From IMG/VR virus record IMGVR_UViG_3300046660_000716, positions 62,001 through 126,000 of that record: a stretch of 64,000 bases of DNA; one strand, 5' to 3'. Numbering within the stretch: position 1 is the first letter of the stretch; each line of letters begins with the position of its first letter. The notes under the pieces are model-generated. The model did not search any database. It saw only the letters and a program-made list of their open reading frames with translations, and had not been told where the DNA came from. The position numbers and the translations under genes are program-made. Shown here piece by piece: positions 1 to 9,445 of the stretch.

Positions 1-2
1 GC

Positions 3-2192
3 GGCATCCCGGTCGAGGAGCACCCGCAGCACCCGGGCGTCTCCACGCTGGAGGCCGTCCTGACCAAAGCCCACACGGGCGGCAAGTTCGGCAAGAGTTA
101 CGGCATCTCCGGCGGCCTGCACGGTACGGGTCTGAAAGCGGTCACCGCCACATCCACCCACCTCCGTGCCACCGTCTGGCGCAACGGCCTCGAGAGCGTC
201 CTGGTGTTCAACAACGCCAAGATCGTCGCGCCGCTGGCGTCGACCCCGCTGCCGAAGTCCCAGGCCAAGCTGACCGGCACGCGCATCGAGTTCGTGCTGG
301 ACAAGACCGTGTTCAAGGACGCCACCAGCCTGGTGCCGAACCGCGAGACCCTGCGCCGCATGCTCCGCGAGCGGGCGTACATCAACGCCGGCCTGACGCT
401 GACGCTGAACTGGGCCGGGCAGCCGAGCGAGACCTTCTTCGAGCGCGACGGCATCGCGGCCTTCGCGGCCCACCTGGCTGACGGTAAGCAGATCTTCAAG
501 AAGCCGTGCTACTTCCAGAACCCGGAAGACTCCGAGGTGCGCGTCGCGGTGGCCCTGGCCTGGACCTCCGGCTACGGTCGCGACAACGTGCAGGGCTTCA
601 CCAACAGCGTGCGCCAGAGCGAGGGCGGTACCCACATCACCGGCCTGAAGATGGCTGTACCGCAGGTCATGCGCGCCTACGTCGAAGCGAACGGGATCTT
701 GACTGGAAAGGACAAGGACCTGAAGATCGAGGCGCAGGACTTCTTCGAGGGCGTGATCGCGCTGGTGAGCATCCGCCACAAGTCGCCGGTCTTCAAGGGT
801 CAGCACAAGGGCGGGCTGTCCAACACCGACGCCCAGGGCGCAGTGATCAAGGCGGTCAACACCGCGCTGGCGCAGTGGCTGGAGGAGAATCCGAAGGAGG
901 CTCGCTCGGCCGCCCTTCGCGCGGTCGGTGCCGCCAAGGCCCGCATCGCCGCATCCAAGGCCCGCGAGGCCGTGCGCAAGAACGACGCCGGCACCTTCGG
1001 CATGAAGAACTTCGGCAAGCTGAAGGACTGCGCGTCCAAGGACCCGACCATCAACGAGCTCTTCCTGGTCGAGGGCGACTCCGCGGGCGGCAGCGCCAGC
1101 ATGGGCCGCAACCGCGAGACCCAGGCCATCTACGCCCTGCGCGGCAAGCCGCTCAACTCCTGGGAGGCCGACGCCAACCAGGTAATGAGCAACAACGAGC
1201 TGTCCGACCTGGCCGCCGCCGTGGGCACCGGCCTGTTCAACGACCAGATGACGCAGGAAGAGATCGATGAGCTGATGGCCAAGCTCCGGTACCACAAGAT
1301 CGTCATCCTGGCCGACGCCGACATCGACGGCTCGCACATCGACTGCCTGCTGAACGGCCACTTCTACAAGCACATGCTGCCGCTGATCGAGCGCGGTCAT
1401 ATCTACATCGGGCAGCCCCCGCTGTACCGCGTGACCGAGCGCGGCAAGCACACGTACCTGAAGGACGAGACGGCCCTGCGCGCGTTCTTCCGCAAGCGGG
1501 CCAAGGCGTCCATCGGGGACGACAAGGACCTGCTGGCCCTGGCCGGCGTCGCCACCCAGGTGCGCGGCGCGTTCGAGAAGGCCGCGTCCAGCGTCGGCGT
1601 GACCGCGGCGGACATCTCGCAGGCGTTCGAAGCGGTGATCAGCTACGACCAGAACCGCGAGGACTGGCTGATGGCGTTCGCCGAGCGGCTGGTGTCCATC
1701 CGCGAGCGCGACTGCGAGGCCGTGGAGGCGGGCATGCTGGAGAACGGCGCCGTCATCATGTCCGGCCTCGAACCGAGCGGGCGCTTCTTCACCACGGTGG
1801 TGAACGACGTGTTCTACGGCGCGGTGGCCGAGACGTGGAAGACCATCGGCGAGCTGATGGACGACGACTCCTTCGCGAACATCAACCACGGCGAGCCGCG
1901 CTCGATCGGCGAGCTGGTGTCGCGCGATCTCTTCCAGCTGGCCAAGGAGATCGAGCGTATCTCCACCAAGGGCATCTCCATCCAGCGCATCAAGGGGCTG
2001 GGCGAGATGCAGGCGGAGGAGCTGGGGGAAACCACGCTCGATCCGGCCACCCGCCGCATGGTGCGCGTGAGGGTCAGCGACTTCGACTCCACGGGCGCTT
2101 TCATCCGCGACATGCTCAGCAAGAGCACGGTGCCGGCCCGCGTCGAGATCATTCGCTCGACGCACATCGACAGCGAGATGGTGGACGCCTGA
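3..2192 (+). CDS. gyrB: DNA gyrase subunit B (5'-truncated by the window edge)
   Basis: The frame is open from base 3 (GIPVEEHP..HTGGKF..SGGLHGTG, the GHKL ATP-lid). Also GQHK, TOPRIM LVEGDSAGG, ALRGKPLN, ADADIDGSHI, PPLYRV, an insert of about 180 aa, and IKGLGEM. Confidence 0.95.
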   Translation, partial: GIPVEEHPQHPGVSTLEAVLTKAHTGGKFGKSYGISGGLHGTGLKAVTATSTHLRATVWRNGLESVLVFNNAKIVAPLASTPLPKSQAKLTGTRIEFVLDKTVFKDATSLVPNRETLRRMLRERAYINAGLTLTLNWAGQPSETFFERDGIAAFAAHLADGKQIFKKPCYFQNPEDSEVRVAVALAWTSGYGRDNVQGFTNSVRQSEGGTHITGLKMAVPQVMRAYVEANGILTGKDKDLKIEAQDFFEGVIALVSIRHKSPVFKGQHKGGLSNTDAQGAVIKAVNTALAQWLEENPKEARSAALRAVGAAKARIAASKAREAVRKNDAGTFGMKNFGKLKDCASKDPTINELFLVEGDSAGGSASMGRNRETQAIYALRGKPLNSWEADANQVMSNNELSDLAAAVGTGLFNDQMTQEEIDELMAKLRYHKIVILADADIDGSHIDCLLNGHFYKHMLPLIERGHIYIGQPPLYRVTERGKHTYLKDETALRAFFRKRAKASIGDDKDLLALAGVATQVRGAFEKAASSVGVTAADISQAFEAVISYDQNREDWLMAFAERLVSIRERDCEAVEAGMLENGAVIMSGLEPSGRFFTTVVNDVFYGAVAETWKTIGELMDDDSFANINHGEPRSIGELVSRDLFQLAKEIERISTKGISIQRIKGLGEMQAEELGETTLDPATRRMVRVRVSDFDSTGAFIRDMLSKSTVPARVEIIRSTHIDSEMVDA

Positions 2193-2497
2193 TGCGGTGC
2201 GACCACCGGGTCGCGCTGGTGGGGAACATCGACATACAGGAATCCGGCTGGGATGCGGGCGTGCGCAGGTACGCCCGGCTCCTGGCCTCCTGGTACGCGC
2301 TGGGCGAGGAGCGGCCGGCGGTACGCGTGCCGAGGCCCGGCAGCGTGGTCGTCCACAACTTCTGCCCGGACTGCGGGCGGCGGCTGGACGATCTGAAGGT
2401 TCGCGCTCTGCTGCACGACGCCTACGTGGCACCGATGGTGCTGCTCGGGCGCGAGGAGTACGTGGAGGAACTGAAACACATGGAGAGCGGCGCTTAG
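2192..2497 (+). CDS. hypothetical protein with a CPDC motif
   Basis: ATG overlaps the gyrB TGA; 101 aa. Confidence 0.7.
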   Translation: MRCDHRVALVGNIDIQESGWDAGVRRYARLLASWYALGEERPAVRVPRPGSVVVHNFCPDCGRRLDDLKVRALLHDAYVAPMVLLGREEYVEELKHMESGA

Positions 2498-2543
2498 GTC
2501 GCTCGTCGATCAACTGAACATCGCAACCGGGACGGGAACCACC

Positions 2544-2780
2544 ATGGCACACCGCCCCCTGAACCTCCCGGGGACCCACGAGTTCTTCGACATCCGCGAT
2601 GCCCAGAAGGCCGCCGACCTCGGCATGATACGGCCAGGGGCCATCGTCATGGTGGAGGGGAAAGCCTTCAAGGCCCTCTACTACGACGAGGAGAAGCGGG
2701 TCGTCCTCGTGGGCGGCCCTGACTACACATTGGGAAGCAGGGACCACCTGCTCCTGCCAGCAGACAAGAGAAGGAAGTGA
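2544..2780 (+). CDS. hypothetical protein
   Basis: 78-aa ORF with genome-typical codon bias, coupled to the next gene. Confidence 0.7.
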   Translation: MAHRPLNLPGTHEFFDIRDAQKAADLGMIRPGAIVMVEGKAFKALYYDEEKRVVLVGGPDYTLGSRDHLLLPADKRRK

Positions 2781-3733
2781 CAATGGAACTGATCCAGTAC
2801 GACGCGTGGATGGGCGGCCAGATCGTGGACACGTTCGGCGCCGCCGACAAGGCCCAGGCCAAGCGCCTCGCCATACAGCGCATCTCGCAGACGAAGGAGG
2901 GCGTGTTCGCCAGCGTCGTCGTCTGCCGCAAGGACGCCAGCGAGTCGGAGAAGGAGAACGCCTGGGCCGAGTCGCTGAACGACGCAGACCTGCGCGACGA
3001 CCACCCGCCGGAGGGACGCATGTCCAGCGTGACCGTGGGCGCCCCGGTCGAGAGCGCGGTCAACGCCGACCTCGTGGCGGACTACTCGATGACGTTCCGC
3101 ACCACCGACGGCTCGGAGCTCATCACGTTCGGTAAGGAAGCCGTGATCTACCGCGGTCGCCTGCTGACGGACGAGAAGGAGATCGTGGACGGCATGCGCG
3201 CGTTCCTGCGCAACACCATGAAGCCGACGCCCCGCGACGGCGTGATCAGCCGCGTGGTGTTCTCGGTCGCGACGCGGCACGTCATCAGCAAGATCGCCGG
3301 CCTGATCGCCAAGGAGACGGTCGAGGCCATCCAGCGCCTCGGGTTCCGGTCCGAGCCCGAGATCCGCGACTCCGGCATGCTGGTGGCGACCATGTACAGC
3401 GGGCTGGTGCCGGTCGAGGCCTTCGACGCCGTGGAGATCCACGACATGACGGTCAGCCTGGAGGACGGCGGGTTCGTTCCGCTCAACCTCCCGACGGACC
3501 GCGCGTGCGCGTTCTCCGTCCAGGCCCACTACGTCCGCGGCGGCGTGGACACGGTGGCGGACTTCCGGTTCGACCCGGACGACGCACACTCGAAGGCGGT
3601 CGCCACCATGGCGGCCAACGAGCTGGCGAACTCGCTCGGCAGCATGATCATGGCGGCCTCGCCGGACCTGAAGCGCGGCTTCGTCCTGCGCGGCGTCCCG
3701 GACCTGCCCGTGTCTGGCAGCAGGGGAGGCTGA
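2777..3733 (+). CDS. hypothetical protein
   Basis: 318-aa ORF; GTGA overlap; SD AGGAAG. Confidence 0.8.
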   Translation: MTMELIQYDAWMGGQIVDTFGAADKAQAKRLAIQRISQTKEGVFASVVVCRKDASESEKENAWAESLNDADLRDDHPPEGRMSSVTVGAPVESAVNADLVADYSMTFRTTDGSELITFGKEAVIYRGRLLTDEKEIVDGMRAFLRNTMKPTPRDGVISRVVFSVATRHVISKIAGLIAKETVEAIQRLGFRSEPEIRDSGMLVATMYSGLVPVEAFDAVEIHDMTVSLEDGGFVPLNLPTDRACAFSVQAHYVRGGVDTVADFRFDPDDAHSKAVATMAANELANSLGSMIMAASPDLKRGFVLRGVPDLPVSGSRGG

Positions 3734-3785
3734 CATCATGCAAGACGGAATCATTCTCAACGGACACAAAAAAGGAGCAGCACAG

Positions 3786-4034
3786 ATGATAGGAATGATC
3801 CCAACGGCGGAGCCGACGTGGACTTCAGAGGACGAAGAAACCTTGATGGCCTTGATGCGCCGCCGCCAGGAATTCGAGGGTCTCAAGCGCGATCGGGTGA
3901 AGCAGGCCGTAAACCTCTTCTTCGACGACAACCTGACGGTCGATGGCATCATTGATGGCCTGATCTCGCAGTCCGGTCACGTGTTGATCGCGCTGGAGGC
4001 GTACCGTCCCGAATGGGCCAGGGACGCGAAGTGA
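3786..4034 (+). CDS. hypothetical protein
   Basis: SD AAGGAG before ATG 3786 (the track starts at 3738). Confidence 0.7.
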   Translation: MIGMIPTAEPTWTSEDEETLMALMRRRQEFEGLKRDRVKQAVNLFFDDNLTVDGIIDGLISQSGHVLIALEAYRPEWARDAK

Positions 4035-4387
4035 TCCACGTCTACAACATCGTCCGGGCGTCCATGAACGGCGCCCCGGACGAACCGCTGCGCGCCGACG
4101 TCGTGTCCACGCACATCAACCCGAAGTTCAACGACCGCGCCGAGAAGTCGGCGACGCTGGCCTTCGAGGCCGCGTGCCAGGAGTTCCGGCGCGCGACGAT
4201 CGGCACGGACTACGAGCTGCTGGAGGAGCACGACTACTCGCGCTCCGACATGACCGGCCACTACATGCGCCTGGAGGCGGACCCGAAGGCGCCGAGCACC
4301 ATGATGCGCCTGCAGTTCACGCTGCGCCACCGCAACGGGGAGCTGCGCCACGTGACGTTTCAGCTCGTGCAGAGCTGCATAGCCTAG
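4031..4387 (+). CDS. hypothetical protein
   Basis: GTGA overlap with the upstream stop. Confidence 0.75.
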   Translation: MIHVYNIVRASMNGAPDEPLRADVVSTHINPKFNDRAEKSATLAFEAACQEFRRATIGTDYELLEEHDYSRSDMTGHYMRLEADPKAPSTMMRLQFTLRHRNGELRHVTFQLVQSCIA

Positions 4388-4397
4388 GAGGCGTGCC

Positions 4398-5426
4398 ATG
4401 TCTGTCTACACCGATATATATCAGTGGGCCGTGCAGACAACCAGCACGACCGCGACGTACTACACCACCAGCACAATGGGCGCCACGACATCCGGCGCCT
4501 TCATCACCACCCCCGCCGTCTGGCGCTCCGTCGAGGAGTGGGACGACGGGGGAAGAGGGGGTTGGCAGAGCGCCGACGCCCAATCCAACGGAATCAACCA
4601 AGGAGATCACCTAATGCGCGTATCAGAATTCACCCCCGGCGACGCCGACCGCTCAGTCTGGCAGAAGCCCCGCGACCTGTGGACCCTGTGGGTCGACGGC
4701 AACGTGAGCGGCCACCACCGGGGCGTACACGTCGCAAGCTTCCATCAGTCCATCAAGGTGGAGGAGCGCCGCAGCCTCGCGCTGCACATCGCCGACGTGA
4801 TGAACCGCGTCCCCGGCACCAAGTCCCTGGGCACCTGGACCCCGGCCGGCACGAGCTCGATCGCGCTGGACGGCAAGAAGGCCGTCACCTTCTCGACGCA
4901 CCTCGCCGAGGACACCTACAAGCACTTCGTCCAGATCGCCTGCGAGCGCCTGAGCGCCGACGTGCCGGAAGCCGAGCCGCAGCCGGAGGCGCCCGCGCTG
5001 GATTGGGGTCACACGTCCAAGGTGACGTTCGAAGCCACCGCCTTCGTCGCCGACCCGAGCCTCTACGAGGGCTGCGTGATGCAGGACACCCTGATCGGCT
5101 ACAACGACGCGGCGCGCATCGCCGGCCTCCTGCCGCCCGAAGTGATGGCCGTGACCTCGGCGCGCATCTCGGTGGACGATGACCAGCCCGAGGGCGACGC
5201 AAAGATCTTCATCAGCGTCACGCTGCTGGTCGATCTGCCGGAGGACCAGGCCGCACGCATCCCGGTCCCGGAGCAGCTGCTGAACACGGTCGCCGCGCTG
5301 ATCCCGACCGAGGGCGCTCCCGGGTTCGACATCGACGCGGCATGGGAGGTGTCCGACACCGACGAGACCCTGCCGACCGACATGGCGGAAGCCACCTCGG
5401 CCGTGTCCTACCGGCCGCAAGCGTAG
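4398..5426 (+). CDS. hypothetical protein with a second in-frame start at 4614
   Basis: SD GGAGG at 4388; internal CAACCAAGGAG..ATG at 4614. Confidence 0.75.
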   Translation: MSVYTDIYQWAVQTTSTTATYYTTSTMGATTSGAFITTPAVWRSVEEWDDGGRGGWQSADAQSNGINQGDHLMRVSEFTPGDADRSVWQKPRDLWTLWVDGNVSGHHRGVHVASFHQSIKVEERRSLALHIADVMNRVPGTKSLGTWTPAGTSSIALDGKKAVTFSTHLAEDTYKHFVQIACERLSADVPEAEPQPEAPALDWGHTSKVTFEATAFVADPSLYEGCVMQDTLIGYNDAARIAGLLPPEVMAVTSARISVDDDQPEGDAKIFISVTLLVDLPEDQAARIPVPEQLLNTVAALIPTEGAPGFDIDAAWEVSDTDETLPTDMAEATSAVSYRPQA

Positions 5427-5445
5427 CACCCTCCCTCCGGCGATC

Positions 5446-5453
5446 CATATCAT
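5446..5453 (+). promoter_or_regulatory. CATATCAT motif, putative early phage promoter
   Basis: Intergenic copy of a motif recurring before gene blocks. Confidence 0.6.
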
Positions 5454-5505
5454 GTGGTCGACAGGAGGGAACTCTCCCTCCGCTCAACCACACAAGGAGA
5501 TACAC

Positions 5506-5952
5506 ATGAAATCGAAACTCGCAGCAGCCCTCGCCATGGCGGCCTCGATGGTCGCCTGCCACAACGTCCAGGCCGCCAGCATGGAGGTCATCAAGAACTT
5601 CGACCAGTTCCTGGGCGCGGTGCACCGCAGCAAGGTGCAGGGCGAGTACACCGACAAGCGCATCAACTACGATGCGTTCGTCAGCCGCGTCGGCACCATG
5701 ATGGCCAACGACCACAAGTCGACCATCTACTTCGCCGAGCTCGGCCCGGTCCGCACCGGCGACCACGTGTCGCCCGGCCTGAGCAACATGACCTGCGTCC
5801 TGCGCAAGCAGGATTACGATCGCGTGCACAACGGCAACCGCATCGCATTCAACGGCGTCATCAAGCAGGTGACCGTCGATCCGCGCTGGAACGGCACGGT
5901 CGGCATGCGCGTGGACGAGCACACCGTCATCGCCGTCTGCGAGGTGGAGTGA
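5506..5952 (+). CDS. exported protein, possible OB-fold (tRNA_anti-like)
   Basis: Signal peptide MKSKLAAALAMAASMVAC; strand pattern ..MTCVL..GNRIAFNGVIK. Confidence 0.65.
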   Translation: MKSKLAAALAMAASMVACHNVQAASMEVIKNFDQFLGAVHRSKVQGEYTDKRINYDAFVSRVGTMMANDHKSTIYFAELGPVRTGDHVSPGLSNMTCVLRKQDYDRVHNGNRIAFNGVIKQVTVDPRWNGTVGMRVDEHTVIAVCEVE

Positions 5953-6398
5953 TGCGAATGGTGTACATCAAGTACGATGCGGAAAACGTGCGGAGGGACC
6001 TGGAAGCGTTGGGCGTGCAGCCCTACCGCTTCGTGGACACCAAGGGCTTCGGTCCTTCCGCCGAGCTGGTCGAACAGGCCGCCGCACTCAACAAAGAGCT
6101 GCTGTCCAACGATTACCTGGTCCATCCCGTCTTCCACGATGACGAGTGGATGGGAGAGTGGAAGTTCGCGCTGGTCGACCTGGGGCTCCAGACCGGGCCG
6201 CTGCCGGCGCGAGTCCTGACCGAGTTCATCGTGCCGAAGCACGCCGACTGGCACACGCTGTACCTCTTCGGCGAGGCCTGCCGCACGACCTGGCACCAGG
6301 CCAAGCTGGTGGGCAAAGCCGTGATGCTGGCTGGCCAGCTGCGCCAGACTTGCTCGCAGACTGGCGTGCCGGTTGAGCTCATCGTGGCGCACTTATGA
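5952..6398 (+). CDS. hypothetical protein
   Basis: TGATG coupling; 148 aa. Confidence 0.75.
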   Translation: MRMVYIKYDAENVRRDLEALGVQPYRFVDTKGFGPSAELVEQAAALNKELLSNDYLVHPVFHDDEWMGEWKFALVDLGLQTGPLPARVLTEFIVPKHADWHTLYLFGEACRTTWHQAKLVGKAVMLAGQLRQTCSQTGVPVELIVAHL

Positions 6399-6592
6399 TA
6401 GAGCCGCGCGAGATAGCCGGGCGACAGAATGCCCGCCACGTCGGCGACTGGATCTGCCAGGGCGTCACAGACGACTTCGGTACCCTGACCGGCATCTTCG
6501 AGCTGCCGCCGGGCGCCTACGCTGCACGCTACAGCTGGTTCTGGGACACGGACTACGAGTTCGAGTTCTTCGGCGCCGGACCCCGCCGCTAG
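6395..6592 (+). CDS. hypothetical protein
   Basis: ATGA overlap; followed by a terminator. Confidence 0.65.
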   Translation: MIEPREIAGRQNARHVGDWICQGVTDDFGTLTGIFELPPGAYAARYSWFWDTDYEFEFFGAGPRR

Positions 6593-6598
6593 GGGAGG

Positions 6599-6628
6599 AA
6601 GAGGGGTCGCCGGACCCCCTCTTTTTTT
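6599..6628 (+). terminator. intrinsic terminator
   Basis: AAGAGGGGTC / GACCCCCTCTT stem plus T7. Confidence 0.8.
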
Positions 6629-6651
6629 CAGCACAAAGACAGCGAAGAATC

Positions 6652-6659
6652 CATATTAT
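6652..6659 (+). promoter_or_regulatory. CATATTAT variant of the early motif
   Basis: Lies just after a terminator and before SD/ATG 6693. Confidence 0.55.
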
Positions 6660-6692
6660 ACCAATGCTATAGCAATTCCAAGAGAGGAAACC

Positions 6693-7061
6693 ATGGAAAC
6701 ATTTCACTTCACGCGCTTGAACGAGTTTCACTTCAAGCGTCTGCTGGACTACGTGCGCGGTCAGAAGTTCCCGATCCGGTTCAAGACGTCCCGGGACGGC
6801 GTGCTGCACTTCACGGCGCACTTGGACCCAGCCTACGAACTTGACTTCCAGCTGACTGCTGCCGACGTCATGAGCGAAGCAGCCATTGGCGCCCTCGGCA
6901 TCACGAGCTACCTGGAGAAGATATCGTCCAACATGTGCAGGGCCGTCGAGGCGGCGTTCTGCATGCGCGAGATGTTTGACGAAAACGGCGTGGTCACCGA
7001 GCTCGGTAAGAACTTCCCGGATCTGATCAAGTCCACCATCGAGTATATCGATGGAAATTAG
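6693..7061 (+). CDS. hypothetical protein
   Basis: SD GAGGA; 122 aa. Confidence 0.75.
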   Translation: METFHFTRLNEFHFKRLLDYVRGQKFPIRFKTSRDGVLHFTAHLDPAYELDFQLTAADVMSEAAIGALGITSYLEKISSNMCRAVEAAFCMREMFDENGVVTELGKNFPDLIKSTIEYIDGN

Positions 7062-7536
7062 GTCCGGCGCCGGCTACCCGGCATCCGCGCTGAGCAACTT
7101 CGCCGCCCACTTCTTCGTCTTCGACGGCGTGGAGTGCGGATCGATGGAGGGTCTCCTGCAGGCGCTCAAGTTCGACAAGCCGCACGTCCAGGCGAACGTT
7201 TGCCGCATGACGGGCATGGCGGCCAAGATCCGCGGTAAGAAGCGCAACAAGGCGTGGCAGTCCAAGCAGACGCTCTGGTGGAAGGGAGCGGCCTACGACC
7301 GACACGGAGCCGAGTACCAGGCCCTGCTCGACAGCGCGTACGGCGCGCTCGCGGACCAGAACGAGGGCTTCCGCCGGGCGCTGCTCGCCACGGGAAAGTC
7401 CGTTTTCACCCACGCGCTCGGCAGCTCCAAGGAGTCCGAGACCGTCCTGACCGCCAGGGAGTTCTGCTCCCGGCTCCACGCGATCCGCAATCGCATAACG
7501 AAACCCTGTGATCCGCCGACGAGGAAAACCAAATGA
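7051..7536 (+). CDS. NADAR-family protein, T4 gp30.3 / AdfN-like ADP-ribosyl-guanine hydrolase
   Basis: ALSNFA..F..DGV..GSMEGLLQALK, TLWWKG, QNEGFRRALLAT, ETVLT..EF. This follows the recalled T4 gp30.3 pattern along its whole length. Confidence 0.85.
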   Translation: MEIRSGAGYPASALSNFAAHFFVFDGVECGSMEGLLQALKFDKPHVQANVCRMTGMAAKIRGKKRNKAWQSKQTLWWKGAAYDRHGAEYQALLDSAYGALADQNEGFRRALLATGKSVFTHALGSSKESETVLTAREFCSRLHAIRNRITKPCDPPTRKTK

Positions 7537-7943
7537 GCGAGCGAACCGAAGAGACGTTCGACGAGTACTGCGAGCGCCAGCGCCGGCAGTTCTGGTGGCT
7601 CGCCCGGTGGATGGCGTTCATCATCGCCGCGATGATAGTTCACCTGGCGGTGAGCATATACTGTGGCGATCGCGATTCCGCGATCAATCGCCGCGAGATG
7701 GCGATCGCCGGCCACGTGCCGGCGGCTCTCACGGCGCCGCGCCCGGTCCGCGTCGGAGACACGATGTTCTGGTACGACAGGCGAGGGCACGGCAAGCGGC
7801 AAGCCCAGATCTACTGGTGCGAGGGCATCGGCGGCCGATACGAGTCGCTGGGGATGTGCCGCCTCAGCCACGTGCTCACCGAGGAGGACATGGCGCGCAT
7901 GCAGCACCTAGACATCCGCCTCGGCGACAGAGTTCGATTTTAA
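7533..7943 (+). CDS. single-TM membrane protein
   Basis: Hydrophobic WWLARWMAFIIAAMIVHLAVSIYC. Confidence 0.75.
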   Translation: MSERTEETFDEYCERQRRQFWWLARWMAFIIAAMIVHLAVSIYCGDRDSAINRREMAIAGHVPAALTAPRPVRVGDTMFWYDRRGHGKRQAQIYWCEGIGGRYESLGMCRLSHVLTEEDMARMQHLDIRLGDRVRF

Positions 7944-7958
7944 CGAAAGGAAGACCAA

Positions 7959-9074
7959 ATGAGCACACCGACACCCGCGTTCAAGGACGTCCCGACCCAG
8001 GCCAGCGGGCGCTGGGAGGTCGCCACGACCGGCATCTTCACGCACGAGCGCGCCCTGTGGGTGATGAGCGGCGGCGGTTACATCCAGCCGGCCATCACCG
8101 TGGCCACGCTCGGCGACGGGAGCGTCTTCCGCGTGGCAGTGCTGGAGGGCGGCGCTTGGTCTGGCGACGTCTGGACCGACTACGAGCCTGTGGGCGGCTA
8201 CAGCTACATGCCGCGCCAGTTGGACGACATGCGCGCATCGGCGTGGCTGCTGGCCTACGTCAACCACAAGATGCACGAGTACGACCACCCGCGCATGGGG
8301 CAGGCGAAGAAGGGACGGATGGACCGCCTGCTGTTCGACGTTGATGCCGCGCTGGAGAAGGTCGTCCGCGCGCTGGAGTACAAGGACCTGCGCACGCTGA
8401 TGGAGATGTACATCCCGTCGAACGCCCGGTCCGAGAGCGCCAGGAACCTCATGGGCTACGCCCTGAAGATCGGCGCGATTCCGGCCGACAGCGCCTACCG
8501 CGCCCATGCGATCATGCGTCAGCGCGAGGACGAAAATGGCGGCGAGGAGTTCTTCTTCACCGCCCTCCACCACCGCGACACCGCCCTCAGCAAGGGCGAG
8601 CGCTACCTGGACGGCTGGTTCGTGCCGGACGTCCTGCAACAGTCACCAACCGAGCAAGGAAAGAGCATCATGTCAATCGTACACATGGACGTCAAGTCCG
8701 ACGGCCCCGTGGCCCTCCTGAAGGCGCTGGACCTCGCCATGCTCTTCGATGGCCACTTCACCCACACGCGTGCGGGCAAGAACGAAGAGGGCTACGGCAC
8801 GATGGACTTCATCCGCCACTACGGAAGCCAAGCCCTGCCTCCCGAGTACACCCCTCTGCCGTTCAGCATGGACAAGAACCCGGCCGCGGTGGCCGACTTC
8901 GTGAGCGCGTGGCTGAAGAACGGCGACGTCTACCCCCGCCCCAACAACCGCGGCGACGGCTCCCTCAACCGCGGATGGCGGGTCCAGGTCCGCAGCGGCC
9001 TCGACGTCACGTTCGGGATGGACCCCACCCCGGCGATCCGCGTGACCACGTACTTCAACTACTACGGGAAGTGA
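7959..9074 (+). CDS. hypothetical protein, probably two fused units (internal start near 8670)
   Basis: 371 aa; internal A/C-rich leader with AAGGA before MSIVH. Confidence 0.75.
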   Translation: MSTPTPAFKDVPTQASGRWEVATTGIFTHERALWVMSGGGYIQPAITVATLGDGSVFRVAVLEGGAWSGDVWTDYEPVGGYSYMPRQLDDMRASAWLLAYVNHKMHEYDHPRMGQAKKGRMDRLLFDVDAALEKVVRALEYKDLRTLMEMYIPSNARSESARNLMGYALKIGAIPADSAYRAHAIMRQREDENGGEEFFFTALHHRDTALSKGERYLDGWFVPDVLQQSPTEQGKSIMSIVHMDVKSDGPVALLKALDLAMLFDGHFTHTRAGKNEEGYGTMDFIRHYGSQALPPEYTPLPFSMDKNPAAVADFVSAWLKNGDVYPRPNNRGDGSLNRGWRVQVRSGLDVTFGMDPTPAIRVTTYFNYYGK

Positions 9075-9445
9075 CCGTGAAGCTCATCAATCTGAGCCTG
9101 CATGTGCGGGACAACGGCCCGTGGAAGCGGCAAGCGGGCGGCGCGGCGTGGTCCGGCATGGAGTACCATCGCCAGCATATCATGGATGCGGTGAAGGCGC
9201 TGCACTCCTGCGGCGCCACGCTGATCCACATCCCGCTCGACCCGCTCTCGCTCGACCAGTCGAACGACGCGTTCGTGATGCACCGCTTCTTCGGCGACGA
9301 CCACCGCGTCTCTCCCGTCGTGCGCCGCCTGGCCGTCATCCCGGACGGGTCCGCGCGCATCGAGTGGTGGCAGGCGAACTCCAGCCGGCTGGTCTGCACC
9401 GACCAATTCACGCTCCCAGAAACCGAACCAGAAAGAACCGCATGA
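9071..9445 (+). CDS. hypothetical protein
   Basis: GTGA overlap; coupled to gyrA by ATGA. Confidence 0.65.
   Translation: MTVKLINLSLHVRDNGPWKRQAGGAAWSGMEYHRQHIMDAVKALHSCGATLIHIPLDPLSLDQSNDAFVMHRFFGDDHRVSPVVRRLAVIPDGSARIEWWQANSSRLVCTDQFTLPETEPERTA

Noticed and set aside
9121-9441. Track N-terminal extensions of GyrA (from 9121), ligase (from 40442), HNH (from 45969) and PolB (from 46889)
   Set aside because: They overlap real upstream genes in another frame. Conserved sequence and ATGA/TAATG coupling define starts at 9442, 41333, 46332 and 46964.
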